A DNA stretch of 64,000 bases from Anaerolineales bacterium UBA2029 (GCA_002332795.1 DDBP01000111.1:10503-74502); one strand, 5' to 3'. Shown: positions 9,901 to 17,679, counted from the stretch's first letter. Notes: generated by a model from the sequence alone, not told the origin. Made by a program: numbers and translations.

Positions 9901-12900
9901 GCGCGTCAGACGGCAGGCACTCCCGCGTTGCTGTCGGTGCAGGTACGCGCGCGCGACGGGCGTGTGCTGGCAACCGCTGCTGCTGGCCCTGACCGCAGCG
10001 CGCAGATCGAGCACGTGGAGTTGCCCCTGGACGGTCACTACACACTGTTGGTCGGCAGCCCTTCCACGGAGGCCGATGTCCTGGCCTACGTGGTGGGTGT
10101 GGAATTGGAAGCGAGCGCAGCGTATTCGATCGGGCGCACGGTGAGGACAGGCGAACGCTGGCAGGGGGCGCTCACCATAGATGATCCGGTTGATACCTGG
10201 CTGGTTGAGGCAGCCGACGGGGATACACTCACGCTTTCCGTCTCGCCCCATGATCAGCGATTGTCGCCTGGCATCGCTCTGATCGCCACCGACTGGCATC
10301 TGGGTGGGTTCAGTGCAACACCAGCGATCCTGGCCGAAGCGCAAAGCGTCAACGGAGAGCCGGTTGAGCTTACCTATACCTTTTCGGTGCCGGGTCCGTA
10401 CGCTGTAATGATCACCGCACCACCAAGAAACTACGGTGTATACGAGATAGCCGTCACGCAGAAAGCGTCTGCAGCTCTAACCACGCAACGCTTGAGGCCT
10501 GGACAGTTGCACCAGGGAGAGCTAGGCGAGCCTGTCCTGAGCAATTCCTGGACTTTTGAGGGACAGGCAGGGAACACGGTCACTCTGGCGGTTGCCACAG
10601 ACTCGCGCTCGCAGGTGCCGTTGAATATGGCCTTGACGGCTCCGGATGGGACGATTGTTGCGCTGGCCGACAATCAAGGTGAGAGAAGCGCGAAGATCGC
10701 CGACTTTCCGCTGCTGGCAACAGGGACCTACCGGGTTCTCGTCTCAACGGCTGCTGACGTTCCCCCCGGTACTTCCACGCATTACACGTTGACGCTTCAG
10801 GTGTCGGAAAACCGGACGATACGCTCTCTACAGGACAGACGACCAGTATTCGATGCCCTGAATGGCAATCAGGCCGTTCAGTGGTGGATGTTCTCAGGCC
10901 AGGCAAACGAAGCGGTGCGAATTACTGCCCGCGCGACCACCGGCACGCTCGATCCGACGCTTGCCGTCTACGATTCGAGCGGACGACTGTTGGCTCAGGC
11001 CGACGATGTCGAGAACCTGGATGCCATTCTGACGGTAACGCTGCCAGCCAGTGGCGATTTCCTGGTGCGCGTCAGCCGTTTCGCCGGGCCGTTTGGGCGG
11101 ACGGCTGGCAACTACTCGCTCCTGCTGGAGAAGGTGTACAGATCGGGCGACGGCCAGGTGGACGCGGTTCCACTGTTCTACGGGCAACGTGTCGAGGGTA
11201 CGCTGGATCGCCAGGCGGATCGGGCGCGGTGGGCCTTTTGGGGAGCAGCAGGGGATGCGATCTCGGTCATCGCCCAGTTTCCCGACGACGATATACCACT
11301 GTTGCTCACGATCAGCGATCCGGCAGATACAGTGCTCGCTTCTGGTGTGCGAAGTGGCGGATCAGCGACAATTGCGGCTCTCGAATTGCCTGCCGATGGC
11401 TTCTATCTCGTCACCCTACGCCGTCCTGGTGACGTGCAGTCACCTTTCAGCCCGTTCTCGTTGACCCTGGCCATCACCGACTGGGTCGGGCAGACGCCCG
11501 TCGCTCCAGGGCTACTGGTGACTGGGAAACCGGTTACCGCGGAGATCGGCGCGGGCGAAGTGCACTTCTGGCAGTTCAGCAGCACCGCTGGCGACGTGGT
11601 AGCCTGCACAGTTCTGACTGATCAGTTTCCGCCAGCACTGGAGATGGCAGTCTACGGGCCAGATGGAAAGAGCATGGCACAGGCGCAGGCTGTGCCGGGG
11701 GAGGCAGGGACGCTTGCTACGGGCAGTCTTGTCCTCCAACAGAGCGGGGTCTATACGCTGGTGGTAAGTTCCCATTCTCAGTCGTTACCAACATCTTATC
11801 GTTTACTGCTACAATCTTCTGTGAGTCACGAGACAGTCGCTGCAGTCATAGCGCCAGGGGAAGAAGTGGCCGGGCAACTCGATGACCTGAATCTCGTGGA
11901 TACGTGGCGACTGGATTTGCATCGTGACGACCAGGTCTACTTGCAGGTGCAGGTATTGTCCGGGGATTTGCAGCCCGACCTGGCGCTGCTCGACCCGGCA
12001 GGGCGGCCAATAGCTCTGGGGGTAAAGGATCAGAGTGTTCCAGAGCCGCAGTACACTATCGGACCGCTCCGGGTGGAAGAGAGTGGTTCATACACCGTTC
12101 TGGTCATGCGACAGGGAGGGAGTGCGGGCACGACTGCTGGTCGGTACCGGCTGAGTGTGTCGCAAACGCCCCCCTCACCAGAAGCATTGGCGGCGCAGGA
12201 GGTCGTCTTTGGTGTTCCACTGTGGGACAATATGGTCCAGCATGAGAGTCGCCTGTACCGTTTCGGCGCGCTGGCTGGGGATGTCGTGGAAATATCTGTG
12301 CTGCGCACGGAGGGTGAGACGCTGCCCCAACTATCCCTGGAAGGGGAAGACGGGAGAAAATTCTCTGTGCAAGTCATTGCTGGAGAAGGCGAACTCGCCG
12401 TGCCCCTGTTCGTCGCTCCCCGCACGGGACACTATCTGATCCGGCTTGCTGCTGATGGGCCGATTGGCTATGGCCTGTATGTGACCCGAATCGTCCCAGT
12501 CGCTCCTGCAGAAGGGCCTGTGCGCCAACTGGGCAGCGGGATTCGCTTGATAGAGAGCATTCAAGGGCCGGGTGATGCGACGCGCTGGCGCTTTTCCGGC
12601 AGCCAGGGTGAGGTAATAAGTTTTACTGTGACGGCTGCTGGTGCCCGGTTTTTCCCTGACGCAATTCTCTATGGGCCGACGGGATATCTGGTGAAATCAG
12701 CCGGGGTGCTGGCTGGCAGCACGGTAATCGGCCCCGTGCGTCTGCCGGAGACAGGAGAATACACTCTGCTCGTGCGATCGTGGCAGAATGCTGCCGGCGC
12801 GGGGACGGGCGAATACAGCGTATTCATGGAACGTGCGCCGCAGGATGTGTCCGGTTCGTCGGGCGGCGTCCTGCCGCTTGGTGGGCAGGCCGTGTACGGC

Positions 12901-14214
12901 GGCCTGACGGCATCCGACCCGGCAGATTCCTGGCTCATCGAAGGCGACACCGCTGAAAGACTGATCGTTCGGATTGAGACTTCCAATCCAAGAGAAGATG
13001 TGGAGCTGGTGTTGCTGGCTCCCGACGGCGCGACGTTGGCAACTCACCGTGCGACGCGGGGTGATTCGACTTTCGAGATCGCAGGACTCCCTGAGCGAGG
13101 CACTTATACCTTGCGCATCTCTGCGAGACCGACTGCGGACTTCCCAATCGAGTACCGACTTTCTGCGACGGTTGGGGCTAAAGTCGCGCTTGAAAGTGAG
13201 CCTTATGTCCAGGGCCTCGTGATTGGTCAGTCAGGGCAGGGCAACCTGTCCCCTGATCGTGCAACGGAAACATGGGTGTTCTACGGCCAGGCCGGGCAGG
13301 TCATTGAGATTATCGGGACACTTTCGTCTGCTGTGCCCCAGGGCAGCGTGATACTCGCTCTGGCGGACAGCGGCGGTGAACTGCTACAAGGAAGCGTGCA
13401 AGAAGGGGGATTGCTCGTGGTCGGGCCATTGCTCCTGCCGCGCACCGGCCTGTACGCGGTGGTGGTGCGTGCCGAGCCAACGTTGTTTGCGGACATGGAA
13501 GCTTTACCGTATGCAATCCGGATAGAAGCTCAGACACCGGCGGCGACGGATATGGGGATGCTGGAGGGAGAAGTCGCCAGTCAACTTGCTGACGCCGTGC
13601 TTTCTCACGAATGGGCACTACATCCCGCTTCTTCGGGGACGTATCGGCTGCGAGGATGCAGCCATACGCCAGGCAAAGCACTGGCGCTGATCGTGCTATC
13701 TCAAGCTGGAAACACGCTGGGGCAGGGGAAGGCTGACGCAGGCCAGGGCAACTGCTGGTTCATCACAACAAGACTTGAAGGCGGTCAACAGTATCGTGTC
13801 GTGGTTACCAACCCCGCTGCGTCTGGAACAGTCAGCTACAGTTTGGAAATCGCTCCAGAAAGCTACGAGCGAGAAGGACTGACGATCAGGCCCGGAGAAC
13901 AAGAAGTAGGACGCCTGGATGATGGGCATTTCGCCGACCAGTGGACGATCCGTGGCAGAGGTAGCCAGGATGTGCAGGCGGCGATCAAAGTGACTGCGGG
14001 CAACCTTGACTTATTGGTTGAGGTCCGCAACGCTTCGGGGGAAATAATCGGCATGGGAACGGCTGACGGTCAAGAACAGGTGGAAGTGCCGTTTCAACTG
14101 CCGCGTGACGGAGTCGCCTATCTCAGCGTAGCCCGAAAGGGGCGTGGGGGTGGCAGTACGTCTGGTGATTATATATTGGCATTGAATGAAATAACTGAAC
14201 CAAGAAGAAATTAA
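6940..14214 (+). CDS. giant secreted repeat protein (2,424 aa): signal/anchor peptide followed by about 21-22 PPC-like (pre-peptidase C-terminal type) beta-sandwich repeats
   Basis: One uninterrupted ORF. N-terminus MMRRVYLWQGVLLLGLSALLMMIMGRLWLPAAAQ is signal-peptide-like. The rest is a roughly 105-115-aa unit repeated end to end. Its signature is G.L....D.W.F.G.AGD.V.i.v....l.P.L.v.DP.G..LA......a.i....LP..G.Y.l.V......Y.L.l. Examples: VQWWMFSGQANEAVRITARATTGTLDPTLAVYDSSGRLLAQADDVENLDAILTVTLPASGDFLVRVSR and NSWTFEGQAGNTVTLAVATDSRSQVPLNMALTAPDGTIVALADNQGERSAKIADFPLLATGTYRVLVST. Confidence 0.85.
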   Translation: MMRRVYLWQGVLLLGLSALLMMIMGRLWLPAAAQDNRLTDGVTVRGRIDTPDSEERWSFEAIAGDVVALSVEPQTDGFVPWLTVTDPQGRLLMTVSYPSSQQGEFRFTLGISQSGLHVVRVRSDMQTTGEYTLGLTVIEPGQAGTVQSSPAPIPLTMGTSVRGRLTRATPLMRYALETQGGNIALVVQVSEPAQGLMLDFYSAEGALLDRVIGFGDFARSVLAPSGGGVRVEVQPWGGLVADSVAFEVSAVALPAGRAAPGRIVYGEARQVGAGARSLWYVMAEAGDIVMLQLSSQVPAPQGTLQIVAPDGTAVLVRTVEQRLRQSLVLQQSGPYLILLEGGLAESGYGLQVDLLGKRWRAFAQHFPEQNARLLPAGEVVAELTAGFADVWLLDNPEPVPWRFILSRQSGTSELVMQIEAPDGEVISTGVTEGELQESSLYPRLSQGGRYRIRVFALDGQGASYRLRAVPASGGVLESGQRFKGVLSESDIAHNWWIEAPAAAVLTLDLESAVGSAAPTVTVLDPDGLLLASSAQGDELTGLLLREGGRYRVLVTGSGAVSRQVYYLKAELSDASAMSGSQSVPVPLPQQRAAVQRVSIPALIVPAWQTDDLAQPVSSLALGVPVRGEIALGHTAQSWGLSVQAGQTLIFTAMPVEADSPIAVAVLDPTGKVVAEAYEAGGRPAALTYSFLTAGEYRVTVGMRSARRYVLWAETVDNFDPRATQVVQGTLLTPGETARATLRPEMLRQTFVFWGQEGDTVFGSVSGEKEIPLAVSFLDVTGQPVPRDDDLTDVPSGDIQFAWGTLPANGVYQLVVAADSDSLSSLPLSFDVHLNVVSSAQVRMSSGGILEGPATGTLVPDRAAHWLFEGTAGQRVRATVTLLGDSEGGVAILSLADSAGVVFAQRRAYLGQRELVLDNVTLPHTGVYQAIVEGSGRYSLKVEGQGAQQQASSAALDYGSTAAGVLTPADTLDAWTWSGSRGDVVRVSARQTAGTPALLSVQVRARDGRVLATAAAGPDRSAQIEHVELPLDGHYTLLVGSPSTEADVLAYVVGVELEASAAYSIGRTVRTGERWQGALTIDDPVDTWLVEAADGDTLTLSVSPHDQRLSPGIALIATDWHLGGFSATPAILAEAQSVNGEPVELTYTFSVPGPYAVMITAPPRNYGVYEIAVTQKASAALTTQRLRPGQLHQGELGEPVLSNSWTFEGQAGNTVTLAVATDSRSQVPLNMALTAPDGTIVALADNQGERSAKIADFPLLATGTYRVLVSTAADVPPGTSTHYTLTLQVSENRTIRSLQDRRPVFDALNGNQAVQWWMFSGQANEAVRITARATTGTLDPTLAVYDSSGRLLAQADDVENLDAILTVTLPASGDFLVRVSRFAGPFGRTAGNYSLLLEKVYRSGDGQVDAVPLFYGQRVEGTLDRQADRARWAFWGAAGDAISVIAQFPDDDIPLLLTISDPADTVLASGVRSGGSATIAALELPADGFYLVTLRRPGDVQSPFSPFSLTLAITDWVGQTPVAPGLLVTGKPVTAEIGAGEVHFWQFSSTAGDVVACTVLTDQFPPALEMAVYGPDGKSMAQAQAVPGEAGTLATGSLVLQQSGVYTLVVSSHSQSLPTSYRLLLQSSVSHETVAAVIAPGEEVAGQLDDLNLVDTWRLDLHRDDQVYLQVQVLSGDLQPDLALLDPAGRPIALGVKDQSVPEPQYTIGPLRVEESGSYTVLVMRQGGSAGTTAGRYRLSVSQTPPSPEALAAQEVVFGVPLWDNMVQHESRLYRFGALAGDVVEISVLRTEGETLPQLSLEGEDGRKFSVQVIAGEGELAVPLFVAPRTGHYLIRLAADGPIGYGLYVTRIVPVAPAEGPVRQLGSGIRLIESIQGPGDATRWRFSGSQGEVISFTVTAAGARFFPDAILYGPTGYLVKSAGVLAGSTVIGPVRLPETGEYTLLVRSWQNAAGAGTGEYSVFMERAPQDVSGSSGGVLPLGGQAVYGGLTASDPADSWLIEGDTAERLIVRIETSNPREDVELVLLAPDGATLATHRATRGDSTFEIAGLPERGTYTLRISARPTADFPIEYRLSATVGAKVALESEPYVQGLVIGQSGQGNLSPDRATETWVFYGQAGQVIEIIGTLSSAVPQGSVILALADSGGELLQGSVQEGGLLVVGPLLLPRTGLYAVVVRAEPTLFADMEALPYAIRIEAQTPAATDMGMLEGEVASQLADAVLSHEWALHPASSGTYRLRGCSHTPGKALALIVLSQAGNTLGQGKADAGQGNCWFITTRLEGGQQYRVVVTNPAASGTVSYSLEIAPESYEREGLTIRPGEQEVGRLDDGHFADQWTIRGRGSQDVQAAIKVTAGNLDLLVEVRNASGEIIGMGTADGQEQVEVPFQLPRDGVAYLSVARKGRGGGSTSGDYILALNEITEPRRN
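7045..14185 (+). repeat. protein-level tandem array of about 21-22 PPC-like units inside the giant ORF, divergent at nucleotide level
   Basis: I delimited about 21 units by eye from the recurring W.F/W.W ... DP.G ... LP..G.Y.l.V ... Y.L blocks. The period is about 105-115 aa (2,380 aa / 22 = about 108). I saw no long identical DNA stretches. Confidence 0.7.
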
Positions 14215-14232
14215 GAGCCTGCAAACAGGCTC
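14200..14232 (-). terminator. rho-independent terminator downstream of tRNA-Leu, overlapping the stop of the giant gene
   Basis: Hairpin GAGCCTG-caaa-CAGGCTC at 14215-14232. On the minus strand it is followed by TTAATTTCTTCTT. Confidence 0.55.
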
Positions 14233-14259
14233 CTCCCACGCTTACATGGCTGAAGCAGG

Positions 14260-14342
14260 TGCCCTGGAGAGGACTCGAACCTCCACGCCCTTTCGGGCAC
14301 AGGCCCTCAACCTGCCGCGTATACCAATTCCGCCACCAGGGC
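14260..14342 (-). tRNA. tRNA-Leu (anticodon GAG)
   Basis: The reverse complement folds as a class II tRNA: acceptor GCCCTGG/CCAGGGC, D arm GCG-GAATTGGTATA-CGC, anticodon stem GCAGG/CCTGT with loop TT-GAG-GG, long variable arm GCCCGAAAGGGCGT, T arm GGAGG-TTCGAGT-CCTCT, discriminator A. CCA is not fully encoded. Confidence 0.93.
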
Positions 14343-14353
14343 AAGCGATCTTG

Positions 14354-14381
14354 ATTATACACGGCTCAAGGGGCCTGTCAA
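14354..14381 (-). promoter_or_regulatory. consensus promoter for tRNA-Leu (TTGACA-16-TATAAT)
   Basis: The minus strand reads caTTGACAggccccttgagccgtgTATAATcaagatcgctt, then the tRNA 5' end. Confidence 0.6.
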
Positions 14382-14384
14382 TGG

Positions 14385-14414
14385 TTGCCAAGGGAGCGGC
14401 CTGTGGCGTACAAT
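14385..14414 (+). promoter_or_regulatory. promoter for plsX-fabF (TTGCCA-18-TACAAT)
   Basis: The sequence is ggTTGCCAagggagcggcctgtggcgTACAATgg, about 47 nt upstream of the plsX ATG. Its -35 is 3 nt from the divergent tRNA-Leu -35. Confidence 0.45.
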
Positions 14415-14460
14415 GGAGTGTTGCTCGCGGCAGATTTCGTATTCAGACAGGGTCGTGTGA

Positions 14461-15468
14461 ATGAAGATCGCTGTGGATGCGATGGGCAGCGACCGCAACC
14501 CCGTTCCTGATGTGGAAGGAGCGGTGCTGGCTGCCCGCGAATTGGATGTGTCCATTGTGCTCGTCGGTGACGAGCAGAAAGTCCGCGCCGAGCTGGGGCG
14601 TCATGCGGTTGAGGGACTTCCTATCGAGATTGTCCATGCACCCGAAGCGGTGACCATGACCGACAAGCCTGGCATCGTCGGGCGCGCCAAGCCGCGTTCT
14701 TCAATGCACATCGGCATGGAGCTGGTCAAAGAAGGACGGGCGGACGCTTTCGTCACGGCAGGAAACACAGGCGCGGCGCTGGCGATCGCCCTGCTGCACA
14801 CCCTCAAACGCATTCCAGGGGTAGATCGTCCGGCGCTCTCTGCCATCTTGCGGGTGGGCGGTAGACCGGTGATCCTGCTGGATATCGGGGCCAACGCTGA
14901 CTGCAAACCTGAATGGCTCGCGCAGTTCGCTCTGATGGGTAGCCTCTATGCTCAGCATGCGTTGGGGTTGTCTGCCCCGCGGGTAGGGCTGGTTTCCAAT
15001 GGCGAAGAGGCTGGCAAAGGTTCCGCACTGGTACAGGAGGCTGCGGAACTCCTGAGCAACGATGGGGTTAACTTCATTGGCAATGTGGAACCCAAGGAAG
15101 TCCTGGGTGGTAGCGTGGATGTGGCTGTGATGGATGGTTTCACTGGCAACATCATGATCAAATCCATGGAAGCATTGGGGGCTACGGTGTTCGACCTGCT
15201 TCGCCAGGAACTGCGCGCCGACTGGCGCTCCAAACTGGCCGGACTGTTGGGAAAGCCTGCGTTCCGTCGCGTGTACCGGCAGATGGATCCCTTTGAAATA
15301 GGAGGAGCGCCGCTGCTCGGAGTAGACGGCGTGGTGATCATCGGGCACGGTCGTTCGGACGCGCGGGCGGTCAAGAATGCCATCCGGCAGGCGCGGGATG
15401 CAGCAGCCGGCGGTATTGTGCAGGCGATCCGTCAGGGTATATCTGCGCCGTCGTCGGGGCGGCAGTGA
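14461..15468 (+). CDS. plsX: phosphate acyltransferase PlsX
   Basis: Motifs: MKIAVDAMGSDRNPVPDVEGAVLAA..., VTAGNTGAALA, DGFTGNIMIKSMEA, and GAPLLGVDGVVIIGHGRSDARAVKNAI. Typical PlsX. Confidence 0.95.
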   Translation: MKIAVDAMGSDRNPVPDVEGAVLAARELDVSIVLVGDEQKVRAELGRHAVEGLPIEIVHAPEAVTMTDKPGIVGRAKPRSSMHIGMELVKEGRADAFVTAGNTGAALAIALLHTLKRIPGVDRPALSAILRVGGRPVILLDIGANADCKPEWLAQFALMGSLYAQHALGLSAPRVGLVSNGEEAGKGSALVQEAAELLSNDGVNFIGNVEPKEVLGGSVDVAVMDGFTGNIMIKSMEALGATVFDLLRQELRADWRSKLAGLLGKPAFRRVYRQMDPFEIGGAPLLGVDGVVIIGHGRSDARAVKNAIRQARDAAAGGIVQAIRQGISAPSSGRQ

Positions 15469-15497
15469 GTCTCGCTTGCGATCAGTGAGGAAGAGCT

Positions 15498-16754
15498 ATG
15501 GAATTCATACGCAACGGTTTTCCACGGGTGGTCGTCACGGGGATGGGGGCAGTGACCCCCCTGGGACGTTTTCCTGAGTTCTGGGAAAAGCTCAAGGCAG
15601 GAATTTCCGGCATCCGGCGCATTCAGAGCTTCGATCCGTCGCATCTGGAGGTGCAGATTGCCGGGGAAGTGCTCGATTTCGATCCTACTGAGTACATCGA
15701 ACCCAAAGAGGCCCGGCGTATGGGCCGTCCGTCTCATTTCGCCGTGACCGCGGCTATGGATGCCCTGAAAGATGCGGGCCTGACCGTCGAAGACCTCGAG
15801 CCGATCAGGGAACGGGTGGCCGTGGATTTTGGCTCGTCGCTGGGAGCGCACGATCTGGCTCAGCAAGCGTCGTTCGAGTTTCGCACCAAGGGTCGGCGTC
15901 CCGGCCCGTTTGCTCTGATCGAGTCCATTCCCAATATCCCGGCCCATCACATCAGCCGCATTCTAGGAGCCTTGGGACCGCTGGTTTGCATCTCGGCGGC
16001 CTGTGCGACCGGTACACACAGCATCGGCGATGCCATGAATCTGATTCGCTATGGCAAAGCGGATGTGGTGGTGACCGGCGGGGTTGAAGCGATGATCCTG
16101 GATTACGGGATCGCCGGCTTCATCTCCATGAAAGGTCTTGCTACCGGCTACAACGACAACCCGACCAAAGCAAGTCGTCCCTTCGACCTGCACCGTAACG
16201 GCTTTGTGTTTGCCGAAGGCGCAGGGGCAATGATCCTGGAGACGCTGGAACGCGCCGTGAAGCGTGGGGCGCGTATCTATGCCGAAGTGCTGGGGATGGC
16301 TTCTTCGTCGGATGCTTATCACGTGGCGGCTCCGGAACCAACCGGTATGGGCGCGGCGAACGCCATGCGTTGGGCGTTGCAGGATGCGCGTCTCGATCCT
16401 GAGCTGATTGACTACGTCAATACGCACGGCTCGTCCACGCCGGCGAACGATGCGACCGAGACGCGGGCGATGAAGCAGGTCTTCAAAGACCATGCCTACA
16501 AACTGGCGGCGAACTCAACCAAGAGCATGCTGGGGCATCTGTTGGGCGCAGCCGGTGCGGTGGAGGGCATCGCCACAGTGATGTCCATCTTCGAACAGAT
16601 CTTGCATCCCACTATCAACCTGGAGACCCCCGACCCAGAATGCGATCTGGACTACGTGCCGAACGAGGCGCGCGATGCCAAGATCAACTTCGCCATGTCC
16701 AACAACTTTGGGCTAGGGGGGCAAAACGCCAGTGTGATTTTTGGGCGTATCTGA
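15498..16754 (+). CDS. fabF: beta-ketoacyl-ACP synthase II
   Basis: Motifs: RVVVTGMGAVTPLG, the active-site Cys context ISAACATGTHSIGDA, VNTHGSSTPANDATE, KSMLGHLLGAAGAVE, and SNNFGLGGQNASVIF. Confidence 0.95.
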   Translation: MEFIRNGFPRVVVTGMGAVTPLGRFPEFWEKLKAGISGIRRIQSFDPSHLEVQIAGEVLDFDPTEYIEPKEARRMGRPSHFAVTAAMDALKDAGLTVEDLEPIRERVAVDFGSSLGAHDLAQQASFEFRTKGRRPGPFALIESIPNIPAHHISRILGALGPLVCISAACATGTHSIGDAMNLIRYGKADVVVTGGVEAMILDYGIAGFISMKGLATGYNDNPTKASRPFDLHRNGFVFAEGAGAMILETLERAVKRGARIYAEVLGMASSSDAYHVAAPEPTGMGAANAMRWALQDARLDPELIDYVNTHGSSTPANDATETRAMKQVFKDHAYKLAANSTKSMLGHLLGAAGAVEGIATVMSIFEQILHPTINLETPDPECDLDYVPNEARDAKINFAMSNNFGLGGQNASVIFGRI

Positions 16755-16779
16755 CGCACAGGTGCCCAGGGGATGGTGC

Positions 16780-17523
16780 TCAGGGAGCTTGAGCGACCAT
16801 CACCTGGGCTTTGTTTTCCTGTTCGAGCCGTGCCTGGGTCTGACGGGCGCGCTCGCACAGCCGGCTGCCACCAGCGGACAGCCACTCGGCAAGGGTGGGA
16901 CTGGCCGGCAGGCCGGACTTTGCTTCGGCGTAGATGCGCGCTCCCCAATAATAGTAGCGGCGAGTCTCCGCAGACCAGGCCGCCCAGCCATCGTCAATGA
17001 CCCCATGTCCGCCGTTGTATCCGGCCAGGGCCAAACCAGCGTGACCGTTGGCAAGGCGCAGACCGGTGAGCAAATAGGACAGGCCGCGCCGGGCGTTGGT
17101 CTGTACATCGAGCATGTCCTCACCGGGATCGAAATGGAACGGCATTACCTGGAACAAGCCCTGCGCGCCCGCTGGCGAGGCCACGGAGGGGTCTCCGCAG
17201 CTTTCGATCTGGATCAGCGTCGCGATCAGGTTCGGGTCAACCTGATATACTGCTGCCCAGGCCTGGATCAAGGGAGTCCAGTACAGCACTTCATTGGTAA
17301 AGACGCTCGCCAGCGGAGACTGCGCTGCCTGTGGCCCGATGGGCGAGTCGGCGTAGTAGATGGTCTGGTCGGCTACCACAGCCCGCGCATCTCCGGCAAG
17401 GTATCCCCATAGTAAGGCTGTCCCCAGCGTGATGACGAAGCCCAGGGTTGCGCAAAGCAGCAAAACGCCTGCGCCGAGAAGCAGGGGAAGGGTGCGCACT
17501 CTCACGTGATTTCTCCCAGTCAT
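16780..17523 (-). CDS. membrane-anchored lytic transglycosylase (SLT domain)
   Basis: N-terminal TM LPLLLGAGVLLLCATLGFVITLG, then the SLT signature LIQIESCGDPSVASPAGAQGLFQVMPFHF...LSYLL...ALAGYNGG. Confidence 0.85.
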   Translation of the reverse strand: MTGRNHVRVRTLPLLLGAGVLLLCATLGFVITLGTALLWGYLAGDARAVVADQTIYYADSPIGPQAAQSPLASVFTNEVLYWTPLIQAWAAVYQVDPNLIATLIQIESCGDPSVASPAGAQGLFQVMPFHFDPGEDMLDVQTNARRGLSYLLTGLRLANGHAGLALAGYNGGHGVIDDGWAAWSAETRRYYYWGARIYAEAKSGLPASPTLAEWLSAGGSRLCERARQTQARLEQENKAQVMVAQAP

Positions 17524-17549
17524 AGAATTCGCACACCTGGTGATCGCAG

Positions 17550-17565
17550 TAGAACATGCGTTCTA
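17550..17565. promoter_or_regulatory. putative LexA (Cheo/DinR-type) SOS box, TAGAAC-ATGC-GTTCTA, a perfect 16-bp palindrome
   Basis: Read directly from the sequence (gcagTAGAACATGCGTTCTAattc). It lies 6 nt downstream of the -10 of the SLT-gene promoter and 26 nt upstream of its ATG. The same half-sites recur at uvrB (55031..55046). Confidence 0.6.
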
Positions 17566-17571
17566 ATTCAA

Positions 17572-17600
17572 AGAATACCCTCGAATCGCCAACCCGTCAA
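17572..17600 (-). promoter_or_regulatory. promoter of the SLT gene (TTGACG-17-TATTCT)
   Basis: The minus strand reads tcTTGACGggttggcgattcgagggTATTCTttgaatTAGAAC... Confidence 0.45.
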
Positions 17601-17649
17601 GACTCTAATTATAATTGCGAATCTGGGTTGCCTGGCGCGTGCCAGCAGC

Positions 17650-17679
17650 TTGGACAATGGTAGCTCAATTCTGTAGAAT
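17650..17679 (+). promoter_or_regulatory. promoter of trmFO (TTGGAC-18-TAGAAT)
   Basis: The sequence is gcTTGGACaatggtagctcaattctgTAGAATcg, about 57 nt upstream of the ATG at 17736. Confidence 0.4.

Noticed and set aside
6940-14214. The giant repeat gene as an assembly artefact or a recently amplified DNA repeat.
   Set aside because: The repeat units share only the protein-level signature. I found no long identical nucleotide stretches between units, and the reading frame is uninterrupted for 7.3 kb.
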